Assembly: GCF_006345805.1 (NCBI RefSeq)
Contig: NC_043001.1
Span: 38,130,001 to 38,194,000 of the forward strand
Direction: 5' to 3'
Origin: Octopus sinensis
Lineage: Eukaryota
DNA length: 64,000 bases
The position numbers and the translations under genes were made by a program. The notes beneath the pieces are model-generated. The model was not told the origin of the DNA. It saw only the letters and a program-made list of their open reading frames with translations, and searched no databases. Every line of letters begins with the position of its first letter. Position 1 is the first letter of the stretch. Shown piece after piece: positions 11,205 through 24,469 of this stretch.

Positions 11205-11395
11205 GGCTGGACACATCGCCCGGCTCGCCGATAATCGGTGGACCCACGCGAGCGGAAAAGACCACCTGGAAGACCTCTACGACGGTGGGGTTACGATTTC
11301 AGGAGGACGATTGGGATCATGTGGATGAGAAAGGCGCGATCCAGAGATGAGTGAACAGCGATGTCAAATGGACGCCTGACGGACTGGTCGGTCAA
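11205..11395 (+). mobile_element. RTE-clade LINE 3' fragment, CpG-intact
   Basis: Translates AGHIARLADNRWTHA / RKRPPGRPLRRW (RTE C-terminal motif), followed by a (TA)n tract. Confidence 0.8.
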
Positions 11396-11396
11396 A

Positions 11397-11445
<49 letters not shown>

Positions 11446-11924
11446 GTATATGTATCAATATTATTGACTACACACACAAGTTTCCTAAAGTTAAATCCTT
11501 CCAGTCACCAAGAAGGCAGTCTGGCTGCAGCATATTGCCTCACTAACTCAACCCATAGAAAAAGCAGGTGAGGCAGCAGTCTAAAGTCAGAGACTCTTAT
11601 TGCCAATTTAGCTTTCACATGAAAACCACAAAAGCCAATGCTTTGATAAGAGGTACAAACAATGCACAAATGGGAAGATGCAATACAAATAGGCTCCAGT
11701 ACCATTTCCATCTACCAACTCCACTGCTCACAAGGAAATGGTAAGCCATGGCTAAAGTGGAAGCCTAAAACTACTTGTGATTCTGAAAACGAACTGTTCA
11801 ACCACTCAGTTATGCTTCAAATGAATACTTTCATATTTAGCAGTATATCATTGTTTCATTCACCTGACTATGGACATGCTGGAGCACTGCCTTGAAGTAT
11901 TTTACACCTTTAGCAATATACTGT

Positions 11925-12145
11925 GCTTGAGAAGACCTGTCAAGCCAAGTGAGATTGTAGTCATGGCCAATGCTGGTTTTTGTAACTGGCACACAAAAAG
12001 CAACCACTACACTCTTGGAGTGGTTGGCATTAGGAAGGGCATCCAGCTGTAGAAACCATGCCAAATTAGATTGTAACATGCAGCTCCCAAGTTTCCAATC
12101 AAACCCTCCAACCCATGTCAGCATGGAAAACAGACATTAAATGAA
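11925..12145 (+). mobile_element. RTE 3'-UTR tail fragment
   Basis: cactacactc..ggagtggttggcattaggaagggcatccagctgtagaaac...ccaacccatg.cagcatggaaa; the same tail terminates the RTE copies at 22670-24360 and 28636-29885. Confidence 0.8.
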
Positions 12146-12289
12146 GAAATTGACTCATGGGCTTGTTTTTTAAAGCTTAGTGCTTATTCTGTCAGTCTCC
12201 TTTGCTGAACTACCAAGATAACAGGGATGTAAACACTGACACTGGTTGGGGTGGGGGAACAAACAGATACAAAGATATACATATATGTA

Positions 12290-13240
12290 TATATAAGTCT
12301 AGCGAGATTGTTGAGATGCTTGAACTGAAGCATGTTGGCATATGCTGCATCCAAGAGGTGTGGTGTAGAAGGGCTTCAGCCAGGTTCCTCACAGGTAAGA
12401 CAGGTATAAAATCTTCTGGGAAAGTAACAGTGATGGGATAGGTGATGTGGGGATACTTCTTGCTGAGAAGTGGGTGGATAAGGTCATAGAGGTAGTCAAA
12501 ATGTGCGAGTGCTTAAGCTCAGGTTAGCTTTGCAGAATAGTATAGCTACAATTATATCTGCCTATGCCCCACAAGCAGGCCTACCAATGGAACAGAAGGA
12601 CAACTTTTATGATATTCTGCTGCAGGCTACCTCAAAGATGGTGCACTTGCATTTAGTTATTCTGCAAAGAGGCTTGGGAATGCCTTCATGAAAGACTGCT
12701 GAACGTGGAGAATGAATGCAAGGAGGAGAGTGTCAAATGTTGACCCAATTCAGGGACTAGCCACCTGAATTGACAATGCCTTGGAAGACAGGGAAAGCAA
12801 ATCAGGAATCATCACCGAGATGCATCTGGTGGTGTGTGTTATGGTCTAGTCGCCAGTATTGTAAATCAAGTGGTTCACGAAGGAATCAGACCTAATGACT
12901 GATGCAGCAGCACCATAGCCAACTGCTACAAAGCTGAAGATGATGCCTCAAAAACAATTACAAAAGTATCAAATTGTTGGATCAGGTTATGAAAGTTACA
13001 AAGAGTATTAGCACAACTAATTAGGGAGAGAGAGAATTAGCCTAGATGAAATGCAGTTTGGTTTTGTGACAGGTAAAAGTACCACTGATGCTAAATTTTT
13101 GGTAAGGCAGCTGCAGGAAAAAAGGCATAGCCGAAGATAAACCTCTAATTAGTCTTTGACAAGGTCCCCCAATCCCTTATCTGGTGGTCAATGTGATGGT
13201 TGGCATTGAGCACAGAAAAGAATTTCGGGTAGAAGATGCA
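12290..13240 (+). mobile_element. Decayed RTE LINE (APE endonuclease plus RT pieces)
   Basis: EIVEMLE...CCIQEVW, IISAYAPQAGLP.EQKDNFYDILL, DEMQFGF...STTDA..LVRQLQ; many stops and deletions. Confidence 0.88.
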
Positions 13241-13409
13241 CAGGTACGATAAATGCTGAAAATGTGCCAAAAATAGACCAACTGCCAGGTGGGCAAGCTA
13301 GAGAAAGAAGTAGATCCAGGAAGACATGGGACAGTGGCAAAGTATGATCTTCAAATTGAACTTCACAGAGGAAATGGCTAGTGATATGCTGTGCTTGACA
13401 GGAAACCAA

Positions 13410-13875
13410 GTGAAATCCTAGTCATGGCTGATGTGGGAGTCATGTAACTGGCACCAATGCCTGTGGCACATAAGGGATACCTTTCGAGCACTGGGCCCCA
13501 CAGAGGCAATGACCGAGACTTTTGGCATTGTCGTGCTTAAGACCCATGAAGCTGAGCAAAATTAGTCATGGCAAATACCGGTGTCACATAAAAGCACCTA
13601 TTACACTCTCAGAGTAGCTTGCATTAGGAAGGGCATCCAGCTGTAGAAAACCATACCAAATCAAACTGGAGCCTGGTACAGCCTTCCAGCATGGACAATA
13701 AACATTAAATGAAAATATATATGACGGGCTTCGTTCAGTTTTCATCTAACAAATCCATTCTCAAGGCTTTTTGGCTGGCCTGGAGCTATAGTAGAAAACA
13801 CTTGTCAAAACAAAGGGACTGAACCTGAAGCCATTTGATTATGAAGCAAGCTTCTTACCACACAACCACACCTAT
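13410..13875. mobile_element. RTE 3' tail (+) followed by CORE-type SINE fragment (-)
   Basis: Tail motif at ~13600-13710; reverse-complement SINE head at ~13720-13870. Confidence 0.75.
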
Positions 13876-16800
13876 ATATTGTGCACTTTCCTTGGAAAAA
13901 AATATTTAGAAGCAACTATTTTCTTAGTTTTTCTAGTAAACTAAGACAATATAAAAATGTGTATGTGTGTGTATGTATAAATTTAAGCAGTCAGCCAAAT
14001 TATGCCCTAGTCCAAATTTCAAATATTTGATCCAGGACTAAAGGAGAAAGCTTACTTTCCTCCAGAAAGGACTGAAGAATTCCATACAGAACAATATCAA
14101 ATGAAATTGAAATAGGTGACTACTTCATAAATAGCAAATTCCCAACCTTTCACATTAGTCAGTGGCAGCAGAAAATTGAACAGTTTCCAACATTGATTGC
14201 AATGTGTTACACCTTTAAATTTTTCAAGATAAATGCAATGATAAACTTTGAAACCAAACAAGAATGCATTTCTAATTTCAAATATACCAAAAATTCAGTC
14301 AGCCAGTGTACTACCTTTATTTTTTACCAAGAGAGCAACCCCTAATTTTTTATTTTTCTTGTAAAATTTTCACATTACATGTATCTGAAATTCTCTAACA
14401 ATTTTTTTTCATAGGTATAGCTTCACATTTATATAGAGTAAAAAATCAAGTTTTTAATTAATATCTTTTTCGTACTTTCTTCCCTCCTCCAAATTAGTGT
14501 GCATGCTGCACACAAGAAAAAGCAATGAAAGACATCTCCAGTCTAAATACAAACTTTCAATTGATTATTTGCATCTATTTCCATAGACAGTTGGATAGAT
14601 ATTTACATGAAATATGTATCTTTAAATAGTATAGCTTTGCATCATGAGACTCCTTGATCGTACACTCAGTCCTCAATGTTATGATACTGGGAGACACAGC
14701 AATAGATTCCGGTTGCCATCTGCTTGTCAAGGAGGCATACTCTTGAGATACATCGCATTTAATCGTTAAAGATAGAGAATGGTTCATATGATATCAGGAC
14801 ATGCCCACACGAAAATACCTGTGCAACACATTTAGGGGATAGTCCTCCCACCAAGTCCCACCTAACTTAACCACAAGACCACCTTGTATCTGACTGATAA
14901 CTGGAGCACCTGACAGGTACTATCACTCAAAGCCACAGCAAACCTGGGAGTGGTGACAACTTAAAGCTTAGTCCATATTCCACAAATCTAAACTCTTAAG
15001 CTCTGGGACCTCACTACTGGATGCAGACTAATGTTTTATCAAGATGGACATGGACACTGTGTAAGTATGTAATATATAATATATATATATATGAAGGTAT
15101 ACACATGCACACACACATGCAGGTGTAACTGCAAAGTTTGCTTTGCAACTATGTAGTTCCGGCATGGCAACTTAAGGTGTCCTCATTAGAGCGTTGGGAT
15201 GACCAAGGCCTTACAAATGAAATTTGGTATACAGAAACTGAATGGAAGCACATGATTGAGAATTCAGTTTTTCCTGTCTCCTGTAAACAATGTCCTGTAA
15301 CTCAGTAATCAGGCGGTAAAGATCAAGAGAATATAATTATCCCACTTGAAAAAGAGTAGCAAAGAAAAAGACATCTTGCTGCTTCAAAGATGGATAAGGA
15401 GAGTGTGAAATCGAGGAGACAATTTATAAATTAACGTATTCTAGTTTTAAGAGGAATTGTAAGATTAAACACCGAAAGAGAACAATTATGAACGCGTACA
15501 CATTCAGTTGTCTTTGCAGCAGTCATAGATTTACTCCAAGAAGTGTCCATGTAACTAAGTGTATTTGTAAAAATTAGCAGATGGAAAAAAATATTACACG
15601 CACTTCCAGTACTTGGAGTTGAGAATAAAAGGCAGAGGTAAAGAGCACACTACCCGTTTTCGACGTAACCGTAAACACTGCGTGTGCGTATTCTTTACCT
15701 TCACCGAATAAAATATTGAAAGCAAATTTTATGAGGAAAAGTGCCCACTAGCACTAAATAGTAAAAGTCTTTCATTTTCAGTATCCTATTCTTCGTGTGC
15801 TATGCCTATAAGGCAAGGAGATCAAGTACCTCAAAGCCCTTCAGTTCCTACAAATCTTGGCACTTACGCTGGTATTTTTGAAGCCAGACATACAGGGTAT
15901 CTTCGTCTTCCTGTTTCTACGTTTGTTGGGATTATTTTTTTTCTATCATTACTACATCCATAAAATTAGATTTATATTTGTGGAATTCTTTACTCTAATG
16001 AGACAAATATGTATTCCACTTCGGCAGCACAGCATCTCTAACGTTATTCCACAAATTCAGCAACATGTATGCCGGGCACAATCGTTTACTATGAAATTAC
16101 AGTAAAAATAGCCGTGTTTGTGGAACTTTACTACCCAATTTCGGAATCCGTAAAGACTTTCTAACAAAAAAAATAAAATAAATAAAAAAACGATAATTTT
16201 TTTCGTGTACAGTAGCTCTCGTAACTAATTCAATTTGTACATCTGTTGACATATTTTCGACATCCTTGAAAGCAACGAGAAATATCTAATGCTAATGTAT
16301 ACAAATGATGCACATGCCAGCTGTTTCCCCCGTAAGGAAAAACGTAAAACAATGTTTGAGACAAACTAGTGAGGTGTACCACGATTTTTTTCATAACTTT
16401 CCTAAAAAGAATGTTTCTATGAAATTTTGCAGATATATTGAGTGCAGATTACGTGTTAAAATTGGGAGAGAAGGGGAGAGAAGTTTCAGACCACCACCAC
16501 TCCACACACGCGAGCGCGCGATAGTTACCACCATTCAACCTCGAAATTACGTAATCTACAAAAAGCTAAATATTAAAAATATTTTGAAGAGTTATGAGGG
16601 AACAAGGTTGAGACGGGGAGAGAATGATTTGAAATTAAACAAAAAAATTAAATGCTAAGCAGTCTACACACATCTTTTTCTTTACTCGTTTCAGTTGTTC
16701 AGCTCCGACGAAGCGCCTTCGAGAGTTTTTTTTTAAACGAACAAATTGTTCCCAGTACTTTCAAGTCTGGTATTTTTTCTGTCGTCCTTTTGCGGATCAG

Positions 16801-19164
16801 CTGGAATCGTAAACAAACCAACATCGTTGCCAAGTGATTAGGGAAGGGCTCTGACATATGTAATACACACAAACCAGAAACCACGTGGTTCCAAATGGAG
16901 ATTCTTAACAATAGAGCAATGTGAATGTCTTCACCTCTGCCTTTACATGAAAATTAAAAAATTTTTAATTGGCGTTCCTTTTTTATAAAAACTTACACTA
17001 TATTAATAATAACATTAACTGAACACTGGAAAACCCAAATTAAATATTAGCAATGGTTAAAATTAAGTCATAGGCTCCTTAAAATTACATATTCGAAAAC
17101 GTACTCCTTGAGAACATATGACTAAATACGGATATTTTAAAATTATATAATAGAGGCATTTCAATATAGAAATAGTAAGGCCTCAGAATTTCAATTTTAT
17201 TAACATTTTTAGTATCTTTAATATTCAATTTGAGAATCATACTAATTTCTTAACTATAAGATGCGACAAATTAAAACACGTGCTTCATTGAGCAAAGGAT
17301 GGGGAAAAAAACCCCATAAAAGTCTGCAGGCGTTAGGCTTCTAGAGATACAATTACTGTTAACAAGAAAAAAAAAAAATTCACGGCAGCCGGCAAAGAAT
17401 TTATCATTTCTAGAAAACAGAAAAAATATTAAGAGCAACAGTTTAATATCATTTAAGATGTTAATATGTCATAGTATGCAAGCAGACGAAAAACACAGGA
17501 GCTAGTTCCGATCGAAGCTTAATTTGTTTACGATAAGTGTAGTAAATATTCCCCCGTTTTAATCCTGAAGTCGGGAGTTAATCGCAGTCGTATATGGTAT
17601 ATAAGCTAGTGTTTATTGGGATATTTCGAGTCGCTTAGCGAAGCTTTTCGTATTTAAGTCAACCTGAAACTCGCACGTGTATGTTTCGTAATCCCAGTTT
17701 CAACAATTAAAACAAATATTTCGCTTCTTTTAAAATACTAATTCAGTTTCATAGAAAAAAAAATGTTTCTTTACTACGGTAAAGGTAATAAAAAAAACTG
17801 GTTTTGAACAGGACAACACCTCAAAAAGTTACATTACTAAACTTCAATAAATCGCCGACTCCAGGATTCAAGCTCAATGAAAGCTAAGGAGGGAGTACTA
17901 GTGTAATATAAAACCTAAGACCAATAGAAAGATACTGAAATATAGGAATAGAAAAAATACGCTAGATTAAGATACAAGGTAAGAGTTTATGGCTACATAC
18001 ATCTGACTAAACGAAAGAAAATAATTTACAGTTTGCCATTTATAGATGTCGGTTCTTCAACCAGTCAGAAACTGCGACTTAAATTAGAAGCCATAGAACT
18101 ATTTGGAACAATCAACACAGCCACGACTTTCAATTATAATTCATTAAAAGTGTATTGTTAACCCTACGTAATACTAGAAAAGCAAAAATGTTAAATGATA
18201 GTTTTCTTCGACATTTGCACAATGACGACGGCATGTGGGTGTCAGTACCCCAAGCGAAATTATTCTTCGTCGTTAGACAGGCGGCTGCAAACATTTCACA
18301 AGATGACACGCTCATATCGGCTAAAAACAAGTTTTAGAGTCTCAACTAGTGCTAATAACGGGCAGTCAATGACCCCTAGAGTTAAATATAATTCCGTTAC
18401 ATATGTTAGTGCAGAATGCACGAAAGACCTTGAAATAATGCCCTCTTAGCATGAAAGCAATCAGCGATTTCACTTTTTTTTAAATTCTATATCTAATAAA
18501 TGATATATGAAATGATGGATAAAACTAAAAGAGATATGTAGAGTATGTTTTAAGCTGACTCACATTAGTATTGAGTTAAATATGGCTGAATTACATTTGC
18601 CAGAGAAATAGCGATATGGGGGTTAGTAAGAGGTGGTGACTATCAGAGAGAACCGAGAGAAAACATGTGGCATCAAAAGAGCCTTCCTATCCTCTAATAC
18701 TGACAGAAGAATTACAAATTTGGGACTATGATTCTGTTACACGTTATAACTTAAGTATTTCACCTAGAATGCGCTGTGAAGTCGTCGATTTTATCACTCA
18801 ACTTATATCATTTCGTAATACTGTTTGTGTAACTTAAGAACGTCAAATTCGATTATTCTTAAAATATCATGAACAAAGATATTCCCAAAATTAGTTAAAA
18901 TGAATTTCGTAAGATAATTGAAATTGCTTTTTCTGTTAAATATTTGCAATTAACTAGAAGGTTCTAAAGAAAAGGGAGGCCCCAGACACCCCACATGCAG
19001 TCAATAAGATAATGGTCACAAGGAAGAAAAACAATTTAACACTCAACATAATAACAACCACTGGTGTACAGATATTACAATAAATTAACTTACAGTAATA
19101 ACGAATAACTTAGGTAGATTACATTTATAAAATCAACGATTTCTCCTTGAATAAAGAAACTTAC

Positions 19165-19230
19165 CGTAGAGCTTTTCGAAGCTGCTTCTAACACGAGGGT
19201 AAGATGATGGTCGACTCCTACACCTAATTT
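19165..19230 (-). other. Candidate non-coding first exon of NAP1
   Basis: Strong minus-strand donor CG/GTAAGT (plus acttac 19159-19164) just left of the CCAAT cluster. The 5' limit is a guess. Confidence 0.5.
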
Positions 19231-19247
19231 CAGTGACGATAAATGTG

Positions 19248-19342
19248 ATTGGATTAAATTGCCATCATACCAAATAATAGACCAATGAAAATTGTTAGCT
19301 TTTCAAGCTGCTGGTTGCGCATACAATTTGGCGGGTAATTGG
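19248..19342. promoter_or_regulatory. CCAAT-box (NF-Y) cluster plus E2F-like site
   Basis: ATTGG 19248-19252, CCAAT 19282-19286, ATTGG 19338-19342, TTTGGCGGG 19327-19335. Confidence 0.55.
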
Positions 19343-20229
19343 ATGTCGAGGTAGGATAGGTAAAGGGGGATAATTATGAGATTTGATACACATTATTTGG
19401 CGTCTTCGTTTCCATTTCATACATAGAACACAAATTCCACAATTTAACACTCCCAATTTTACGTATTACATTAGTACATACGTTACATTTTGGTTATGTC
19501 TGCACATTGTGTAAGAACGGGAAACATCAACCATCAACTATAAGTATAGACTCAGCCCATTAAATTGGACACCTTACTTCAGGAAATAGTTACTGAGTAT
19601 CAAAGAAAGGAATTCAGAAATAGTTACAAATGTTACAGAATTATTCAGTTGGTATGAGTTAATTCAAATACTCTGAAATTACATTTTCTTCAATGAATTA
19701 TTCTCAAGTTATGTACTATGATGAGATTTGATGCTAATAATGACAGTTTTAGGTGTTAAGTTGACTTTTTAATCACTTAAGTAGTGACTTTCAAACTAAC
19801 ATCATCAATGAGATGTGGGAAAGTTTCAATATAAGCGCTAGTTTCAAATTCTTTAGATTTTGAAACAATTTAAATTTATGAACTGGGTATATATATATAT
19901 GCTGTTTCAATGTTGACTTTTTCATGTTTGCTTGGGTCAGACAGCTTATTGAGGCAGATTTTCAAAGGTGGGATGCTCTTCCTGTGTTAACTCTAACTTG
20001 TTTCCGAGCAAACTGATGCTTCCTCATGACCAGACATGTTTCTGAAAAATATTGGTTCTAAGTTTTGGCACAAGACTAGCATTTTCGGGGGAGGGGACAA
20101 GTCGATTACATCAGCCCCAGTACTCAACTGGTTCTTATTTTATCAACTTAAAAAGAAAAAATGAAAAGTAAAATCAACCTTGGCATAATTTGAACTCAAA
20201 ACATAAAGATGAATGAAATGCTACTAAAG

Positions 20230-21400
20230 GTTTATGCCTGGTATGCTAATGATTGACACTTCTTGTGTGATAGTGACATTTGTCTACAACTGTCATATGA
20301 TGTCAAGACAAGGAGACAGACACATGCTCACTTGTCATCTCCTCTGTGAGGTTCAAAATTTGAAGATCCTTTCTCACTACTTCATCCCATATCTTCCTGG
20401 GTTTAACCCTTCCACAAGTTCCCTCTACAATCTTCTTGATGCAGCTGTCCTCATACATATCACATGAACATACCAGCACAGTCTTCTGTCTTCCACACTA
20501 CATCTGATGCCTTGTATAGCCAATTTTGCTCTCAAATCACTTACACTCTGTCATATATGCACACTGACAGAGCATGTTTGCTTCATTTCTTTGCATGTCC
20601 TCAGTGGTTACAGCCCAAGTCTCACTGCCATGTACTCAGGCATCATACAATCTGCCTTACTGAGTGAAAGGCTCTTTGTTACCAACAAAGGCAGTAGCAC
20701 TCTGAAATTTGCCCAACCAATTCTTATTTTTTCACCACACTTTTAGAACTACCCACTCCATTACTAACTTAGTCACCTAAGTAACAGAAACTATCTGCTA
20801 CTTCAAGGATCTCTTGGACATTTGAGGGAGTCTGTTTCCTCTACATTCTTAGTGTTTAATGTACCTGGATATATGCCACATACAAAGACTATGTTCTCTC
20901 TTAACCTTCCTGTGATACCACTGCAGCACTGGGTACACTGTATGGAGTTTCTACCAACGTCTTTTCTACATATTGAGCAGGGTCATCTCCCTGAAGAGAT
21001 CTGTGATTTGTCTATTTTCCTACTTACTAAGACTTTGGTCTTTGCTAAATTAACTCTAAGGCCTTTTGCTTCCAGACCTTGCTTCCTCACTTGAAATTTC
21101 TTTTCTAGTTCTCGTAGTGATTCAGCAATAAGAACAAGGTTGTCAGTGTAGAGGAACTCCCAAGGGCAGCCAATCATAAATTCTTCTATTATGGCCTGAA
21201 CGGCTGTGATAAACAAGATGGGGCTGAGAAACAATTCATGGTGAACACCTACCTGTACACGAAATTCATTGTTATACTCATTACCAACCTAGACCTTACT
21301 GACAGCACCCTTGTACATGGATTGTACAGTTTTCACCAACCACTCATCTATTTCCAGTTTCCACATTGCTCACTAGATGAGGGGGACAGGACCCTGTCAA
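20230..21400 (-). mobile_element. RTE LINE RT/C-terminal fragment
   Basis: ORF 20983..21234 (FLSPILFI...GCPWEFLYTDNLVLIAESL...GLRVNLAKTKV) and the downstream RIGWANFR..LPLLVTK block. Confidence 0.92.
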
Positions 21401-21566
21401 AGGCTTAAAACATTTATAAACTCAAACATTTTTATGTTCCTATTAATTACTTGTAGTAATAATACTGAGAATGATGTTAGAAAATAAATATCTTCTGTGT
21501 TTTATGACATATACCACATACAAATACATTGATAGAGATATTTCACCAGTATTATTGATATTAAAC

Positions 21567-22029
21567 TATTGGGTGCTATTTTGGCATGTGATCTACAAGG
21601 GAGATTATTTTAGGTTACTTTATAGTTTACTTTTCAATTTCTAAAAGCTCGTAAAATGTTGGCTAAAGATTTTTACAATGACGAAACAAAGGCAGCTGCA
21701 TTTTTACAAAAAACCAGCACTAAATTCACATCATTTCTTGAGAAAAAGAACAGTGCCACTTTACCATGTAATCTACAATTTAAAGGAAAATTACTTTTGG
21801 TTACTTTTTAGTTTACTTTGTGTTTGTGCTATTTTCTTTGTGATCTACATGAGCAAATTTACTTTAATGGGTGATCTACGTGCTTATTTTAATTATTATA
21901 TGGTTTTCTTATTAAAATAGTAAGAATTTTGAAAAAATACATTTACAATACTAAGTATGTAAAAAATAATCTAAAAAGTAATCTAAAGTAATCTACCTTG
22001 TAGATCACATGCCAAAGTAGGACCAACTA
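21567..22029. mobile_element. MITE with ~45-50 bp terminal inverted repeats
   Basis: ctattttggcatgtgatctacaagggagatta / taatctaccttgtagatcacatgccaaagtag; TSD not resolved. Confidence 0.75.
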
Positions 22030-22669
22030 TTGTATTAAATTTGCTTACTGTCAGTTCCTCTAACACCAACATAGCTATATATGAAGATAACTGTTTGCTT
22101 TTCTAAAATTAATAATTTCATTGAAGTTAGCCTACTAAAATCTTATATGTACAAAGCTATCATTGTGCCAAAAATTCTTATATATAGCATTTCCTATGTC
22201 AATTATCAGAATTAGTATTTAAATATAAATGATTATTGTGTGTGATTGAACATCAGGTCAGCCCTAAGTGAAAAGATTTATAGTATTTGTGGTTATCATT
22301 TGAATGATAAGATGTGATTCAAAAATGCATTGGGCCACATATGCCATGCCTTAACATATTTAAGAATCATACTAAGTGCACCAACCTGCTGTAATTTGTC
22401 ATACTAGAGTAAAGTGTCTTGCTCTTTTAGATGTACTGTCCAGTTTCTCCATGTGTACTTATAATTTCTGGAAGTGGCATATCAGCAAATCTTTAATTAC
22501 TCAAAATGAACTACAATATTAAACTGCCCAATACATAAATGAATGTTATGTATACATATGTATGTGCATGTACACACACACATACATATATTGTAATCAT
22601 CATTATCATTTCATGCCCAAGAGAATACGAAGAAAGATAATGTAGTTATTAAATTTACAATAATGCACA

Positions 22670-24360
22670 TAGTATGGAAGTGAAATTGGCTTTTCTGTGC
22701 CGTGAGGACCAAAGACTTGATGTATTTCGTGTTGCAAGACAGTGTGTGAGAGAGAATCGTGATGTAGGAGAGAAATGTGTCCGCATGGATGATGGTTCAC
22801 TCGCACTAAGCGAGGCTGCAGAGAAAGAGGTTTGGAGAGGCCACTATGAAAAGTTGCTCAATAAAGAAAATGAATGGGAGAAAGAGAGTCTGCCGAATAT
22901 CGACCCAACAGAGGGACCAGCTATCCGAGTTAACAGTACTTTGGTAGATAAAGCAATTAAGAGTATGAAGACAGGGAAAGCTCCCGGCCCATTAAGAATC
23001 ACTGCAGAGATGCTCAAAATATCTGGCAGTGTCAGCTATAGCCTAGTCTCCCGTATAGTTAACCAGGTGATACATGAAGGAGTCATACCCAATGACTGGT
23101 GTAGCAGCACACTATAGTCAACTACTTCAAAAGTAAAAGTGATGCATTAGATACAAATAATTACAGAGGTATCAAGTTGTTGGATCAGGAAATGAAGGTC
23201 ACGGAGAGGGTCATAGCCCAACTAATTAGGGAGACAGTCAGTTTAGATGAGATGCAGTTCATGCCAGGGAAAAGCACCACTGATGCTATATTTCTAGTAA
23301 GACAGCTGCAGGAGAAATACCTAGCCAAAGATAAACCTCTGTACCTGGCTTTTGTTGACATGGAGAAAGCCTTTGACACGGTCCCCCGATCCATTTTCTG
23401 GTGGTCAATGAGGAAACTAGGGATAGACAAATAGTTAGTGAGAGCTGTGCAAGCCATGTACAGGGACGCTGTCAGTAAGGTGAGGGTTGGCAGTGAGTAC
23501 AGTGAAGAATTCTGGGTAGAGGTAGAGGTCCACCAAGGTTCAGTCTTCAGCCCCTCCTATTTATCATAGTCCTCCAGGCAATAACAGAGGGATTCAAGAC
23601 AGGATGCCCCTGGGAGCTCCTCTATGCTCACGACCTTGCTCTAATTACTGAGTCACTATCAGAACTAGAGGAAAAGTTTCAGGTTTGGAAACAAGGATTA
23701 GAATCGAAGGGCCTTAGAGTCAACCTAGCTAAAACCAAAGTCTTGATAAGTAGGAAGGCAGGCAAACCCCAAATCCCTTCAGGTAGTTGGCCCTGCTCGT
23801 AGGTAGAAACTCTATAAGATGTACTCAGTGTAAGCTATGGATACATAAGAGGTGCAACAATATCAAAGGAAGGCTAACTGGGAAGATAGTTTTTGTATGT
23901 GGCAGATGCTCAGGAGCAATAAACACTGAAAATGTGCAGAGAACAACTTCCACCACATTCCAGGGAGAAAAACTAGAAGTAGTTGATAGCTTCTGCTACC
24001 TAGGTAACCAAGTCAGTAGCAGGTGAGGGTGCACTGAAAGTGGAGCTGCTAGAATAAGAATAGCCTGGGCAAAGCTCAGTGAGCTCTTACCTCTGCTGGT
24101 GACAAAGGGCCTCTCACTCAGAGTAAAATGTAGACTGTATGATGCATGTATGTGAACAGCCATGCTACAGTACCGCCTGACTGGCCCTCGTGCTGCTACA
24201 CTCTCAGAGTGGTTGGCGTTAGGAAGAGCATCCAGTTGTAGAAACTCTGCCAGATCAGATTCGAGCCTGGTGCAGCCATCTAGTTCGCCAGTCCCCAGTC
24301 AAATCGTCCAACCTATGCTAGCATGTAAAGAGATGTTAAATGATGATGATGATGATGATG
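22670..24360 (+). mobile_element. 5'-truncated RTE LINE with 3' UTR and (GAT)n tail
   Basis: ORFs 22674, 23177 and 23787 (KAPGP..ITAEMLK, LAFVDMEKAFD, CPWELLYA.DL, VVDSFCYLG); ends gttaaatgatgatgatg. Confidence 0.95.
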
Positions 24361-24469
24361 ATATATATATATATATATATATATAGGAAAAAATGGGATT
24401 AAAAAATCCTGGCAGACATCAAATAGGCCTTCAGTAAAAAGGAATAAGGGTATATGTATGTGTGTGTGT

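Larger units (their letters stand above)
15400..19450. promoter_or_regulatory. CpG-retaining promoter/first-intron region with no recognised transposons
   Basis: CG dinucleotides are frequent here (e.g. cgacgtaaccg, cacgcgagcgcgcg) and scarce in the flanks by eye. No recognisable TE. Lies 5' of NAP1. Confidence 0.7.

Noticed and set aside
14560-15060. Possible very old LINE RT remnant on the minus strand (PFSIFND-like)
   Set aside because: The similarity is too weak to support by eye.
16305-16658. 117-aa plus-strand ORF in the CpG island
   Set aside because: No recognisable domain or splice context; likely chance in a promoter/intron region.
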